A DNA stretch of 47,814 nucleotides from an uncultured Clostridia bacterium. GTDB lineage: Bacteria; Bacillota; Clostridia; Christensenellales; UBA3700. The notes under the pieces are model-generated. The model saw nothing but the letters and a program-made list of their open reading frames with translations, ran no database searches and was not told the origin of the DNA. Made by a program: the position numbers and the translations under genes. How positions within the stretch are numbered: position 1 is the stretch's first letter; the number at the start of each line of letters is the position of its first letter. Where the stretch lies: the NCBI GenBank assembly GCA_947175555.1, contig CAMWNK010000005.1:1-47814 (forward strand). Direction: 5' to 3'. This document shows, in pieces, positions 1-8,709 of this stretch.

Positions 1-57
1 AAGTGCTTATTTTTTTAGTTTAGCCCCCTATTTTGCCTCAAAAAGCAGTTATTTTGG

Positions 58-1398
58 CTATTTTCGTTTAAGACAAACAAGAGTTTCGACATGCTTAGTC
101 ATGGGGAACATGTCGTAGGGCGTAACGGACATTACTTCATAGTTATTAGATAGCAGTGCTAAATCACGGGCAAGGGTGGCGGGATTGCAAGAGATGTATA
201 CAATATGTCTGCACTCGGAGGAGTTGAGCGCGTCCAGTACCGCCTTATCGCAGCCTTTGCGAGGAGGATCGAGTATGACAAGAGTATCTTGGTCGATATC
301 CGTTTGTGCAATCACTTTTGCGCAGTCGCCGAGTACGTTGTCGATTATGTCGGAGTTTCCGTTGTCTTGTGCCATGCGTCTGCCGTCGGCTATAGCAGAG
401 GGCACTATCTCGATACATTTTACGCTGTCGCAGTACGGCGCGACAAGATTGGATATCACGCCTATTCCGCCGTATGCGTCTATGACCGTGCGCGGGGCGC
501 AAGCTGAGACGAATTGCGCCACATGCCGATATATGGCAGAGCATATATCGTCGTTGATTTGCATGAAAGATTGCGGGGATATTCGCGCCCTTACTCCGCA
601 TATATTGCACTCGATGTCCATGTCGCCGTATAGGCATGCGGTTTTTTTGCCGAAAATCACGTTGGTATTAGCTTTATTGACGTTGACAGTAAGGCTTATG
701 GGGACGCCTATCTTAAGCAATCTGTCCTTTATCTTATCGGCATGGGGCAGTGTGTCGGAGTTGACTACGATAGTTACGGCATAGCAGTTATCGGCGCGTC
801 TTACCACTATATGTCGTATAATGCCTTTGCCGTTCGATTCGTCGTAAGGGGGCAAGTTGCAATTATTGAACTCATCTGTTAGCGCAGAGATAATTGAGTT
901 GGTAGTGTCGTCGTGCAGCGCGCACCCGTTTGCAGGAAAGGGCACCAAGTCGTGCGTGCCCGTGCGGTAATATCCTGCACGTGTGCAGCCGTCTTTACGA
1001 GCTATAGGGACTTGAGCTTTATTGCGGTAGGCGTATATTTTCGGCGACGGGACGGTAGGCGCAGCGATAGCGTTTATGCGGGCCTTGTCAAGGCAGCTTT
1101 GCACGCTCGCGCGCTTGATACTCAGTTGCTCCGAGTAGACGATGTGCTGCATATCGCAGCCGCCGCACTTGAAAAATATAGGACAAGCAGGCGTAACGCG
1201 CTTAGGAGAAGGCGTAATTATCTTGATAACTTTAGCCGATACATACTTTTTATCTACCTTAGTAACTTGCGCTTTGACGATTTCTCCCTTAAGCGTAAGA
1301 GGAATAAACACGACTTGCCCGTCATGACGAGCGACGCCTTCGCCGTTCATTCCCGAGTTCTCTATTGTCAGCTCAAGTATATCGCCTACGTTTATCAT
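58..1398 (-). CDS. rlmD: 23S rRNA (uracil-C5)-methyltransferase RlmD/RumA
   Basis: N-terminal TRAM domain, CPIFFKCGGC Fe-S motif, ILDPPRKG, YISCNPATLARD, DMFPMTKHVET C-terminus. Confidence 0.95.
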   Translation of the reverse strand: MINVGDILELTIENSGMNGEGVARHDGQVVFIPLTLKGEIVKAQVTKVDKKYVSAKVIKIITPSPKRVTPACPIFFKCGGCDMQHIVYSEQLSIKRASVQSCLDKARINAIAAPTVPSPKIYAYRNKAQVPIARKDGCTRAGYYRTGTHDLVPFPANGCALHDDTTNSIISALTDEFNNCNLPPYDESNGKGIIRHIVVRRADNCYAVTIVVNSDTLPHADKIKDRLLKIGVPISLTVNVNKANTNVIFGKKTACLYGDMDIECNICGVRARISPQSFMQINDDICSAIYRHVAQFVSACAPRTVIDAYGGIGVISNLVAPYCDSVKCIEIVPSAIADGRRMAQDNGNSDIIDNVLGDCAKVIAQTDIDQDTLVILDPPRKGCDKAVLDALNSSECRHIVYISCNPATLARDLALLSNNYEVMSVTPYDMFPMTKHVETLVCLKRK

Positions 1399-1404
1399 AG
1401 AGTA

Positions 1405-1434
1405 ATTATATCACGTAGCAGGGCGGTAAAGCAA
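1405..1434 (-). promoter_or_regulatory. sigma-A promoter of rlmD (TTGCTT-18-TATAAT, extended TG)
   Basis: Minus strand reads TTGCTT-N18-TATAAT with TGn before the -10; the ATG follows 6 nt later with no Shine-Dalgarno. Confidence 0.6.
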
Positions 1435-1441
1435 TTATAAG

Positions 1442-1471
1442 GGATAACGGCGACGCTCTTTGCGCACACTA
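1442..1471 (+). promoter_or_regulatory. putative forespore sigma-G-type promoter
   Basis: GGATA-N18-CACACTA resembles the B. subtilis sigG consensus GNATA-N18-CATACTA. Confidence 0.45.
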
Positions 1472-1488
1472 TGTAATAGAGGTGTAAT

Positions 1489-1617
1489 ATGAAAAAGAAT
1501 CTGTATAAATTAGCTAAAGATACTAAGAGCAATGAGGAACAGATAGAAGAATTGAATAAAGACAACTTTGAAAAGGCTTTGCACTCGCAAAGCGCAAAGA
1601 GCGGAATTAAAAAGTAG
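1489..1617 (+). CDS. small hypothetical protein, 42 aa (MKKNLYKLAKDTKSNEEQIEELNKDNFEKALHSQSAKSGIKK)
   Basis: RBS GAGGTG at 1479-1484, clean ATG..TAG; below the size cut-off of the ORF track. Confidence 0.6.
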   Translation: MKKNLYKLAKDTKSNEEQIEELNKDNFEKALHSQSAKSGIKK

Positions 1618-1755
1618 TCTCGAGTCATGGTTATAAACTTGCCGCACTTAGCAGCGAAGTAATTGCACATGGTTGATTGATACTTGATACGTAGAGTTAT
1701 CTTATCTGTATAATAATATGCGCTATAGGCAATACATCGTATCGGGAGGTGCTTT

Positions 1756-1896
1756 ATGGCAAAGAATAAGAACAATAAGCCCAAAGCCTGCAAGGGCAGA
1801 GCGGGCGCAACCGACAGCTCCAACTCAGCAATGCGCAGCATAGATAAGCGCAATATGCAGATGAGCTTGAAAGATGAGGATAACGGCTTGAAATAA
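1756..1896 (+). CDS. small hypothetical protein, 46 aa (MAKNKNNKPKACKGRAGATDSSNSAMRSIDKRNMQMSLKDEDNGLK)
   Basis: Strong RBS GGAGGTG at 1745-1751, ATG..TAA; not in the ORF track. Confidence 0.65.
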   Translation: MAKNKNNKPKACKGRAGATDSSNSAMRSIDKRNMQMSLKDEDNGLK

Positions 1897-2005
1897 AAGC
1901 CGTTATACATAAATTATTTTAGATTAAATATCGTCAATTGGATTTTTCAAATAGAGCTTTACTATGCGTTAGTTATTCGGTACGGGTAAATTTATTTGAT
2001 ATTAC

Positions 2006-2050
2006 AAAACTCATACATGGTTGCGAAAATCGGGGACATGTATGAGTTTT
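2006..2050. repeat. perfect 14-bp inverted repeat AAAACTCATACATG / CATGTATGAGTTTT
   Basis: Arms at 2006-2019 and 2037-2050, between convergent genes; the same motif recurs at 11165-11203. Confidence 0.8.
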
Positions 2051-2286
2051 TTGACGCAAATTTAAGCGTAATCAACTTGCAAATTATATATTAAGACGTC
2101 AATAAAATACATGTATATTAATATTAGTTGCATTGATTAATTCTTTTCTGCAAATAGCGCGGCAAAGCCCTTAGAAAAAGATGATAGATTTATTTAATAG
2201 ATATATTGAATGGCGATTCTAAAGCAGTAGGCGCAATTATATTCAGCTACAGTATAGGCGAGAAGAGATAGCTGATTGCAATAAAG

Positions 2287-2610
2287 TTACAGACAGTCTT
2301 TGCACATGCGGGCATACTCTTCAATGCGCCGCTTTCCCGTGCCCGAGCACTCCCTGTAATCGGATATAAGCGTCTTTTCGTGGGTATTGAGCGCGCCCAT
2401 GCCAAGCGGCGACGTAGTATTGCCGTCTCTGCCGAGCAAGTAGTCCAAGCTCACGTCAAAGTAATCTGCAAACATTATAAGATAGTCATACGGCGCCTGT
2501 CTCAACTCGTTTTCGTAATTGGCGAGGGTGCCTGCGTTGATGCCCAGATCTTTGGACATCTTGCTTCGCTTAATGCCGTTTTCCAATCTCAATTCTTTAA
2601 GTCTGAACAT
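2287..2610 (-). CDS. XRE/HTH_3 family transcriptional regulator
   Basis: RLKELRLE..LGINAGTLANYENELRQAP..FADYFDVSLDYLLGR is a classic Cro/C1 HTH; RBS GAGGT. Confidence 0.9.
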   Translation of the reverse strand: MFRLKELRLENGIKRSKMSKDLGINAGTLANYENELRQAPYDYLIMFADYFDVSLDYLLGRDGNTTSPLGMGALNTHEKTLISDYRECSGTGKRRIEEYARMCKDCL

Positions 2611-2629
2611 ATCTTACCTCTCGATTATT

Positions 2630-2716
2630 ATACAAAACGTATTATTCTAAAACTCCAATTCATACAAAACGGTTGACATTGCGCGCATTGTATTGTAAAA
2701 TTAATACAAAATGTAT
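2630..2716. promoter_or_regulatory. sigma-A promoter (TTGACA 2673-2678, TAAAAT 2696-2701) with three ATACAAAAYG(TAT) putative XRE operators
   Basis: 17-nt spacer; operator copies at 2630-2642, 2662-2674 and 2704-2716, two of them ATAC-N5-GTAT palindromes. Confidence 0.7.
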
Positions 2717-2765
2717 GATATATCGACATTGCTTGATATAAATTAACCGTTTTGGAGGTAAAACA

Positions 2766-3104
2766 ATGACTGAGGAAAAGCTCATAGCGGTGCTTAACGC
2801 CGTGTCGGATAAAATCCCCGAGAACAAAATGTATATGTTCAAGGAGAAGCTGCGCTCCGCAGACGACGATAAAGCAGAAGTATTGTTGTGCGAAAAGCTG
2901 CATAATCCTACTCATATATTGTTGTTTTCCATTTTCTTGGGCGGCTTAGGCGTGGATAGATTCATAATAGGCGACACAGGTCTTGGAGTAGCCAAACTGC
3001 TGCTTGGCTGGTGTACTTGCGGAATATGGCCTCTTATTGATATCTTCCTGTCTTATAAAAGCGCTAAGGAGAAAAACTTCAATAAGCTGATGCTCAATCT
3101 GTGA
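2766..3104 (+). CDS. TM2 domain-containing membrane protein
   Basis: LLFSIFLGGLGVDRFIIGDTGLGVAKLL...IWPLIDIF TM2 signature; RBS GGAGGT. Confidence 0.9.
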   Translation: MTEEKLIAVLNAVSDKIPENKMYMFKEKLRSADDDKAEVLLCEKLHNPTHILLFSIFLGGLGVDRFIIGDTGLGVAKLLLGWCTCGIWPLIDIFLSYKSAKEKNFNKLMLNL

Positions 3105-3508
3105 AGCCTGTTGCAGGTAAAGTAGTAAAAATATTAGTTCGGCATATAGTGATTTTTGCGGCGTTGGCAACGCTTGCTTTCGTGATAGGCTGTCCCCTCA
3201 AGAGGATTACGGGCATTAACTGTCCTTTATGCGGAGCGACGAGAGCTCAGCTTATGCTGCTTAAAGGCGATGTCGAGCTTGCGCTGAGCTATCATCCTAT
3301 GGCGCTTGTCAATATCCCGTTGCTGCTTATAGCCGCTCATGCGCGTATCATCAAAAGGTACACGGGCAGTGCAATATTGGTGCTCTTGTTTATATCTGCA
3401 ATAGTAATCTATGCAGTAGCACATGTGATGCGCGATAAGGCTATCCTTGACGAGGGGACAAGCGTAGTAATAGACTGGGGAACAAAACTTATTGCCGCGC
3501 GGCAGTAG
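3101..3508 (+). CDS. DUF2752-like membrane protein
   Basis: CPLKRITGINCPLCGATRA...G...ALSYHP motif; GTG start overlaps the TM2 stop codon. Confidence 0.8.
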   Translation: MKPVAGKVVKILVRHIVIFAALATLAFVIGCPLKRITGINCPLCGATRAQLMLLKGDVELALSYHPMALVNIPLLLIAAHARIIKRYTGSAILVLLFISAIVIYAVAHVMRDKAILDEGTSVVIDWGTKLIAARQ

Positions 3509-3600
3509 ACGCGGCGGTCGGGAGAGGAGAGAAGTCGGACCTTATACCTATTATTGAGGGAGTATATCGCGATTGCGTTAGGGTAGAGGGTTTTCATTCT

Positions 3601-3639
3601 AAGACGAGTCTTTTGCAGCGATGCAAAAGGCTTGTTTTT
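3601..3639 (+). terminator. intrinsic terminator after TM2-DUF2752
   Basis: ACGAGTCTTTTGCA-GCGA-TGCAAAAGGCTTGT followed by a T run. Confidence 0.65.
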
Positions 3640-3787
3640 ATATTACATTGCCCGCAGGCAGATATATTCAGCTACAAAGGCGATATGCAGATGAATATAT
3701 AGGCATTTATCTAATTGATAAGCAAGCGCAATTTATTATAAGTAAAATGATTATCAGCTCAAGTCGCTAAGTAGTTGTCTGTAAAAA

Positions 3788-3884
3788 GCTGTTGTATTGT
3801 TTTTCCCACGCAGTGCAAAACCAAAGCGGGGTTGTAACAGCCTTGAAAAAGGGCTGTTGTATTATTTTTTTGCGCAGTGCAAAA
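3788..3884. repeat. two imperfect ~33-bp direct repeats, period ~65 bp
   Basis: GCTGTTGTATT at 3788 and 3853; CGCAGTGCAAAA at 3809 and 3873. Confidence 0.7.
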
Positions 3885-4011
3885 ACGTCAAAATCATTAT
3901 AACTAGTTGACAGTCCTTAATTCCGCATATAAATCAGCGCGACATTATCTTATCGCGCCGACTGTATGCGGTATCTATTGGTAAAATCGTGTAATCGATA
4001 GGGGATATCTT

Positions 4012-6099
4012 TTATAGGTCAAAGAGCAGCTCCTTGTAAGTAGGGAACGGCCATGACTTGCGCGACGTGAGTTGCTCTAAGCAATCCGCGCTGTATCTCA
4101 AGCAGTTCATCGCAGGTATCACTATGTTGCGGTAATATACGGCGTTGTCTATTGCTCTGCCTTGTCTGTCGCTGTCTATAAGCGCATTTTCAAGCTCGGT
4201 TGCACGCAATATGAGAGCATCGAGTTTCGTGCCGATTTTATCTGCCAGATCCAAAGCATTACGCAGAGGCTTATCGGGAAACAGCTGCGTTTGCACGTGC
4301 AAAGACGCGCACGTCTTGCCAAGATAATCGGATACTGCTGGGATAATCTGCTTGCGCGCCATATCGAGCATGGTAAGCGCTTCTATATGCAGCACTTTAC
4401 AGTAGTTTTCGGTCAGTATCTCGAAGCGCGAGTGCATTTCGCTTTCGGTAAATATACGGTGAGACGTGAATAGCTCTACGTTCTTTTTATCGAGGAAGTG
4501 CGGCAGTGCGTCCACTGTGGACTTGAGATTGCTCAGTCCTCTGCGCTCCGCTTCCGCAAGCCATTCGTCGGAATAGTTATTACCGTTGAATAATATTCGG
4601 CGGTGCTCGATTATACTCAAGCGTATGAGCTCGCGCGCAGTCTCGTCAGCGTTGTCCGACTTCTCCAGTTTATCGGCAAAGAGTCTCAACTCTTCCGCAA
4701 CGGCGGTGTTGAGTACCGTGTTGGCTCCCGCAATGGACGCAGACGAGCCCGGCATCCTGAACTCAAACTTGTTGCCCGTGAATGCAAATGGCGACGTACG
4801 GTTGCGGTCGGTAGTGTCTTGCGTGAAGTGCGGCAATACTTTTACCCCGATTTCCACTTCGCAGCCTGCGCGCTTGGAATAAGGTCTGCCGTCCGCTATT
4901 GCGCTCAAGATTCCGTCCAGCTCCTCTCCAAGGAACATCGATACTATGGCGGGAGGCGCTTCGTTTGCGCCCAGTCTGTGGTCGTTACCCGCGCTTGCAA
5001 CGGAAATACGCAGCAAGTCTTGATAGTCGTCCACGGCATTGATTACTGCGCATAGGAAGAGCAGGAATCTTACGTTCTGCGCGGGAGTATCTCCCGGCTC
5101 GAGCAGATTCTCGCCCAAATCCGTACTTATCGACCAGTTATTGTGCTTGCCGCTGCCGTTGATACCCGCAAAAGGTTTTTCGTGCAGTAGGCACACCAAA
5201 TCGTGCCGCAGCGCAACTTTTTTCATCAGCTCCATTATCAACTGATTGTGGTCGCTTGCGACGTTGACGCTGGCGAATACCGGCGCAAGCTCGTGCTGAG
5301 CAGGAGCAACTTCGTTATGTTCCGTCTTGGCGGCAATTCCCAGTTTCCACAGCTCGGTATCGAGGTCGCTCATATAGTTGTGTACGCGCGTCTTTATTGC
5401 GCCGAAGTAGTGGTCCTCAAGCTCCTGTCCTTTGGGCGGCTTAGCTCCGAATAACGTCTTGCCTGTGATAATGAGGTCCTCGCGCTTGTCGAACAGCTCC
5501 TTAGGCAGCAAGAAGTATTCTTGCTCAGGACCTACCGTAGTTATTATGCGGCTTGCCTTGCTATTAAGGCACTTGAGTACGCGCATGGCTTGCTTATTGA
5601 GCGTCTGCACAGAGCGGAGCAGAGGAGTCTTTTTATCCAGAGCTTCTCCGCCGTACGAGCAAAACGCAGTGGGGATATATAGCGTGTCGTCTTTGATAAA
5701 AGCATAAGATGACGGATCCCACGCCGTGTAACCTCTCGCTTCAAAGGTACTGCGCAGTCCGCCCGAAGGGAAGGAGGATGCGTCGGGCTCGCCTTTGACA
5801 AGCTCTTTACCGGAAAACTCGGTGATAGCTGCGCCGCCGTCTGTAGGAGACACGAAAGCATCGTGCTTTTCCGCAGTAACTCCCGTCATGGGCTGGAACC
5901 AATGCGTGAAGTGCGTCGCGCCCTTTTCAAGCGCCCAGTCTTTCATAGCTCCCGCTATTACGTTGGCGGTGGACATGTCCAAGGGTTTTGATTCTTTAAG
6001 GCACGACTTGAGCGCGTTATACGTCTGCTTGGGCAGGCGTTCGCTCATGACTGCGTCGTTGAATACCATGCTGCCGAATAGCTGTCTGATATTATTCAT
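4012..6099 (-). CDS. glnN: glutamine synthetase type III
   Basis: 695 aa; HFTHWFQP, EKHDAF, EPDASSFPSGGLRSTFEARGYT, HNEVAPAQHE, NGSGKHNNWS, HRLGANEAPP, DRNRTSPFAFTGNKFEFR. Confidence 0.95.
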   Translation of the reverse strand: MNNIRQLFGSMVFNDAVMSERLPKQTYNALKSCLKESKPLDMSTANVIAGAMKDWALEKGATHFTHWFQPMTGVTAEKHDAFVSPTDGGAAITEFSGKELVKGEPDASSFPSGGLRSTFEARGYTAWDPSSYAFIKDDTLYIPTAFCSYGGEALDKKTPLLRSVQTLNKQAMRVLKCLNSKASRIITTVGPEQEYFLLPKELFDKREDLIITGKTLFGAKPPKGQELEDHYFGAIKTRVHNYMSDLDTELWKLGIAAKTEHNEVAPAQHELAPVFASVNVASDHNQLIMELMKKVALRHDLVCLLHEKPFAGINGSGKHNNWSISTDLGENLLEPGDTPAQNVRFLLFLCAVINAVDDYQDLLRISVASAGNDHRLGANEAPPAIVSMFLGEELDGILSAIADGRPYSKRAGCEVEIGVKVLPHFTQDTTDRNRTSPFAFTGNKFEFRMPGSSASIAGANTVLNTAVAEELRLFADKLEKSDNADETARELIRLSIIEHRRILFNGNNYSDEWLAEAERRGLSNLKSTVDALPHFLDKKNVELFTSHRIFTESEMHSRFEILTENYCKVLHIEALTMLDMARKQIIPAVSDYLGKTCASLHVQTQLFPDKPLRNALDLADKIGTKLDALILRATELENALIDSDRQGRAIDNAVYYRNIVIPAMNCLRYSADCLEQLTSRKSWPFPTYKELLFDL

Positions 6100-6111
6100 A
6101 GTATCTACTCC

Positions 6112-7119
6112 TTACAGCAGCGTTACGCCCGCGGCGCGGCAAGCGTCCAAGGTTGCCTTGTCCCAGATAGAGGACTGTACCTCTCCGATATGCGCCTTGC
6201 CCAGCATGAGCATACACAGGCGCGACTGTCCTATGCCTCCGCCCATAGTAAGCGGCAACTTGCCCTCCAGCAAGTCTTTATGGAAGGGCAGAGAGCGTCT
6301 GTCGTCGCAACCTGCTTCTTTTAGCTGAGCGTCAAGAGATTGAGCGTCCACTCTTATACCCATCGACGATACTTCGAATGCGCAATCAAGCACTTCGTTG
6401 TAGAAGATTATATCGCCGTTCAGTTTCCAGTCGTCGTAATCGGGGGCTCTGCCGTCGTGCTTTATTCCCGATGCAAGCTCTCCGCCTATCTGCATTACGA
6501 ACGCGCAGCCGCATTTTTCGGCGAGGGCTTTTTCTCTTTCTTTAGGCGTCAGGTCGGGATAGGCGTCCTCAAGCTCTTGCGTTGTTATGAATGTAACCTC
6601 GCGAGTAAGGCTGACGCTTAAGTCGGGGAATAGCTTCTTGATATCATCTAATGTGTCGCATATCGCGCCGACGATAGCTTTTACAGTGGATTTAAGATAT
6701 TCAACGTTGCGCGTATCTTTAGTGATTATCTTTTCCCAATCCCATTGGTCGACGTATACAGAGTGCAGGTTGGACAGCTCCTCGTCGCGTCTTATGGCGT
6801 TCATATCCGCATACAGTCCCGTCAGTGGCTTAAAGCCGTAGTCTCTCAGAGCCTGCCTTTTCCACTTGGCTAAGCTGTGTACGACCTGAGCAGTGCTTTT
6901 AGTTTCTAAGATATCAAATGATACCGGACGCTCTACACCGTTGAGGTCATCGTTGAGACCTGTCGCGGGATCTACAAAGAGCGGCGCGGATACGCGTATA
7001 AGGTCGAGTGCTTTTGAAAGATTATCGGCAAAGTCCCGCTTGATAATGCCTATGGCGCGTTGCGTTTCGTACAGTCCGAGTTTGCTGCGATAGCCTTCAG
7101 GGATATAAGTCTTGCTCAT
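6112..7119 (-). CDS. asnA: aspartate--ammonia ligase (asparagine synthetase A)
   Basis: GLNDDLNGVERPV, VVHSLAKWKR, HSVYVDQWDWEK, RAPDYDDW, GGGIGQSRLCM; start moved to the ATG at 7119 behind RBS AAGGAG. Confidence 0.95.
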   Translation of the reverse strand: MSKTYIPEGYRSKLGLYETQRAIGIIKRDFADNLSKALDLIRVSAPLFVDPATGLNDDLNGVERPVSFDILETKSTAQVVHSLAKWKRQALRDYGFKPLTGLYADMNAIRRDEELSNLHSVYVDQWDWEKIITKDTRNVEYLKSTVKAIVGAICDTLDDIKKLFPDLSVSLTREVTFITTQELEDAYPDLTPKEREKALAEKCGCAFVMQIGGELASGIKHDGRAPDYDDWKLNGDIIFYNEVLDCAFEVSSMGIRVDAQSLDAQLKEAGCDDRRSLPFHKDLLEGKLPLTMGGGIGQSRLCMLMLGKAHIGEVQSSIWDKATLDACRAAGVTLL

Positions 7120-7137
7120 GATAGTGCTCCTTGGCGG

Positions 7138-7185
7138 AAATAAAAACGGCGCCGCAGAAGTTACCTTCCGCAACGCCGTTGTTGC
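7138..7185 (-). promoter_or_regulatory. ANTAR-type hexaloop hairpin overlapping an intrinsic terminator (asnA-GSIII leader)
   Basis: GCAAC-AACGGC-GTTGC hairpin; its loop and 3' arm form the 5' arm of a 16-bp terminator stem ending in TTTTTATTT. Confidence 0.8.
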
Positions 7186-7207
7186 CGCGAGTTATTTTAT
7201 ATCTGCT

Positions 7208-7236
7208 ATTTTAGTATCGAAAATGCAGATTGTCAA
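7208..7236 (-). promoter_or_regulatory. sigma-A promoter of asnA-GSIII
   Basis: TTGACA-N17-TAAAAT on the minus strand. Confidence 0.8.
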
Positions 7237-7565
7237 CGATTTTTCGGATAAAAAATTAAAAAAATTTTCATTCGATTGCTTGCTTATTTTTATTAAATAT
7301 TTATATTTTTTATCCACCGTATAAGGCGGTAAAAAATAGTCGGACCGCAATATTTTATATCCGCAATATAATAGCTCTATAAGGCATAAGCAGTTACAGC
7401 CGTGTAGCGGATAATTCAAGCAGATTGCTGCAGGCTTTGCCTTCGGGCGGTAAGACATGAGATAATTGAATTAATAAGGCGCATTTATTTGAGCGGCGGG
7501 GGAAGAATAGGGTATAATTACTATACCGTGTCAATCGGCGCGCAAATAATATCAAGGAGTATACG

Positions 7566-8087
7566 ATGAACTTTCAAGAAATAATAGCGGATAGATATTC
7601 TGTGCGTAAGTTTCAAGATAAAAAGCTGCCTAAGGATGTAATAGATAAGATAGTCAAGGCGGGACATCTCGCGCCTACGGCATGTAATCTTCAGCCTCAG
7701 CGCATACTGGTCATAGACGATAGCGAGGCGTTAGCTAAGTTGAAGGAATGTACACGCTGTCATTTCGACGCGCCTGCGGCTATGCTTGTCTGTTGCGATA
7801 AGACGGAGTGTTGGGTGCGCAAGTATGACGGTAAGAGCAGCGGAGAGATTGACGCGTCTATAGTAACTACGTATATGATGCTTGCGGCATGGGATGTCGG
7901 AGTGGGGACTACGTGGGTAATGCACTTTAATCCGCAGGCAATGAGAGAAAAGATGGGCGTGCCCGACAATCTCGAGCCTGTAGCTTTGCTCGTGATGGGC
8001 TATGCCGACGTAGAAGCCAAGCCGTATAGCGGACATTACGAATTCAAGGATATTGGCGAGACGGTATTTTATAATACGTTTGATTAG
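7566..8087 (+). CDS. nitroreductase family protein
   Basis: RYSVRKF, APTACNLQP, MMLAAWDVGVGTTWV, LLVMGY. Confidence 0.9.
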   Translation: MNFQEIIADRYSVRKFQDKKLPKDVIDKIVKAGHLAPTACNLQPQRILVIDDSEALAKLKECTRCHFDAPAAMLVCCDKTECWVRKYDGKSSGEIDASIVTTYMMLAAWDVGVGTTWVMHFNPQAMREKMGVPDNLEPVALLVMGYADVEAKPYSGHYEFKDIGETVFYNTFD

Positions 8088-8355
8088 TCGTTAATTTGTG
8101 CGCAAGCTGCGCTTATGGGAAGAGTACGCCATATGCGCCTCGGCAATGACAGTATAATCTGTCCGCAATAGCTTATTAGAGATTGTAATATTATTTTAAT
8201 GCGTTGCGCTTAGTAGGACGGCTTGTCTTGTCCTTGCGAGCGCGGCGCATTAATTTTATAGCGAAAATATTGTCAGAAGTTTTATACTGCCGCCTGTTGC
8301 TTATATTATCATGCAATAGAGCTTTTATATCAAGTAAAATATTTTCCCGTAATCG

Positions 8356-8660
8356 GATTATCGCATAAGCGGTCAACGCTCGTAGCTACATATAAGGGCA
8401 AAGCGGACTGCTATACGGGTATCTATCAACAGATTGATTTTACGTCAACTTGTTCACTTTGACTATCGGATTAGTAATCAACGTTTATATAGGCGCAACG
8501 CGGATTGCAATACGCATGTTCATCGATTGATTGCATCTACACGAATTTATTTACTTTGATTATCGCATAGGCTGTCAACGCTCGCAGATACGAATTAGGC
8601 TAAAACAGATTGCTATCATTACTAATCAAAAGATTGCCTTTACGCGAAATTGTTGACAAT
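8356..8660. repeat. three degenerate ~100-bp tandem repeats, non-coding
   Basis: Units start at 8356, 8461 and 8558 (GAYTATCG...TCAACG...GATTGC.AT...ATC.A..GATTG...TAC...AA.TT.TT.AC); units 1 and 3 match at 30 of the first 34 nt. Confidence 0.75.
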
Positions 8661-8709
8661 TATTGCATTGCGGTTTATACTATAACCAATGTTATATAAC
8701 ATATGTTAT
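8653..8709 (+). promoter_or_regulatory. sigma-A promoter plus tandem TetR operators
   Basis: TTGACA(8653)-N17-TATACT(8676); ATAAC-N4-GTTAT palindromes at 8682-8695 and 8696-8709. Confidence 0.8.

Noticed and set aside
1395-1910. 171-aa minus-strand ORF upstream of rlmD
   Set aside because: Antisense to two small ORFs with strong RBSs; overlaps the rlmD promoter; no recognisable motifs
3671-3686. ACAAAGGCG resembling the ANTAR loop
   Set aside because: No closing stem, no overlapping terminator, no downstream gene on that strand
8096-8160. Short word matches (GCTGCGC, CATATGCGC, GGCAAT, CAGTATAAT) shared with 38055-38150
   Set aside because: Fragmentary with different spacing; cannot be distinguished from chance by eye
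8356-8660. CRISPR array or type III antitoxin array
   Set aside because: No conserved repeat with unique spacers, units too long and diverged, no cas or toxin gene adjacent
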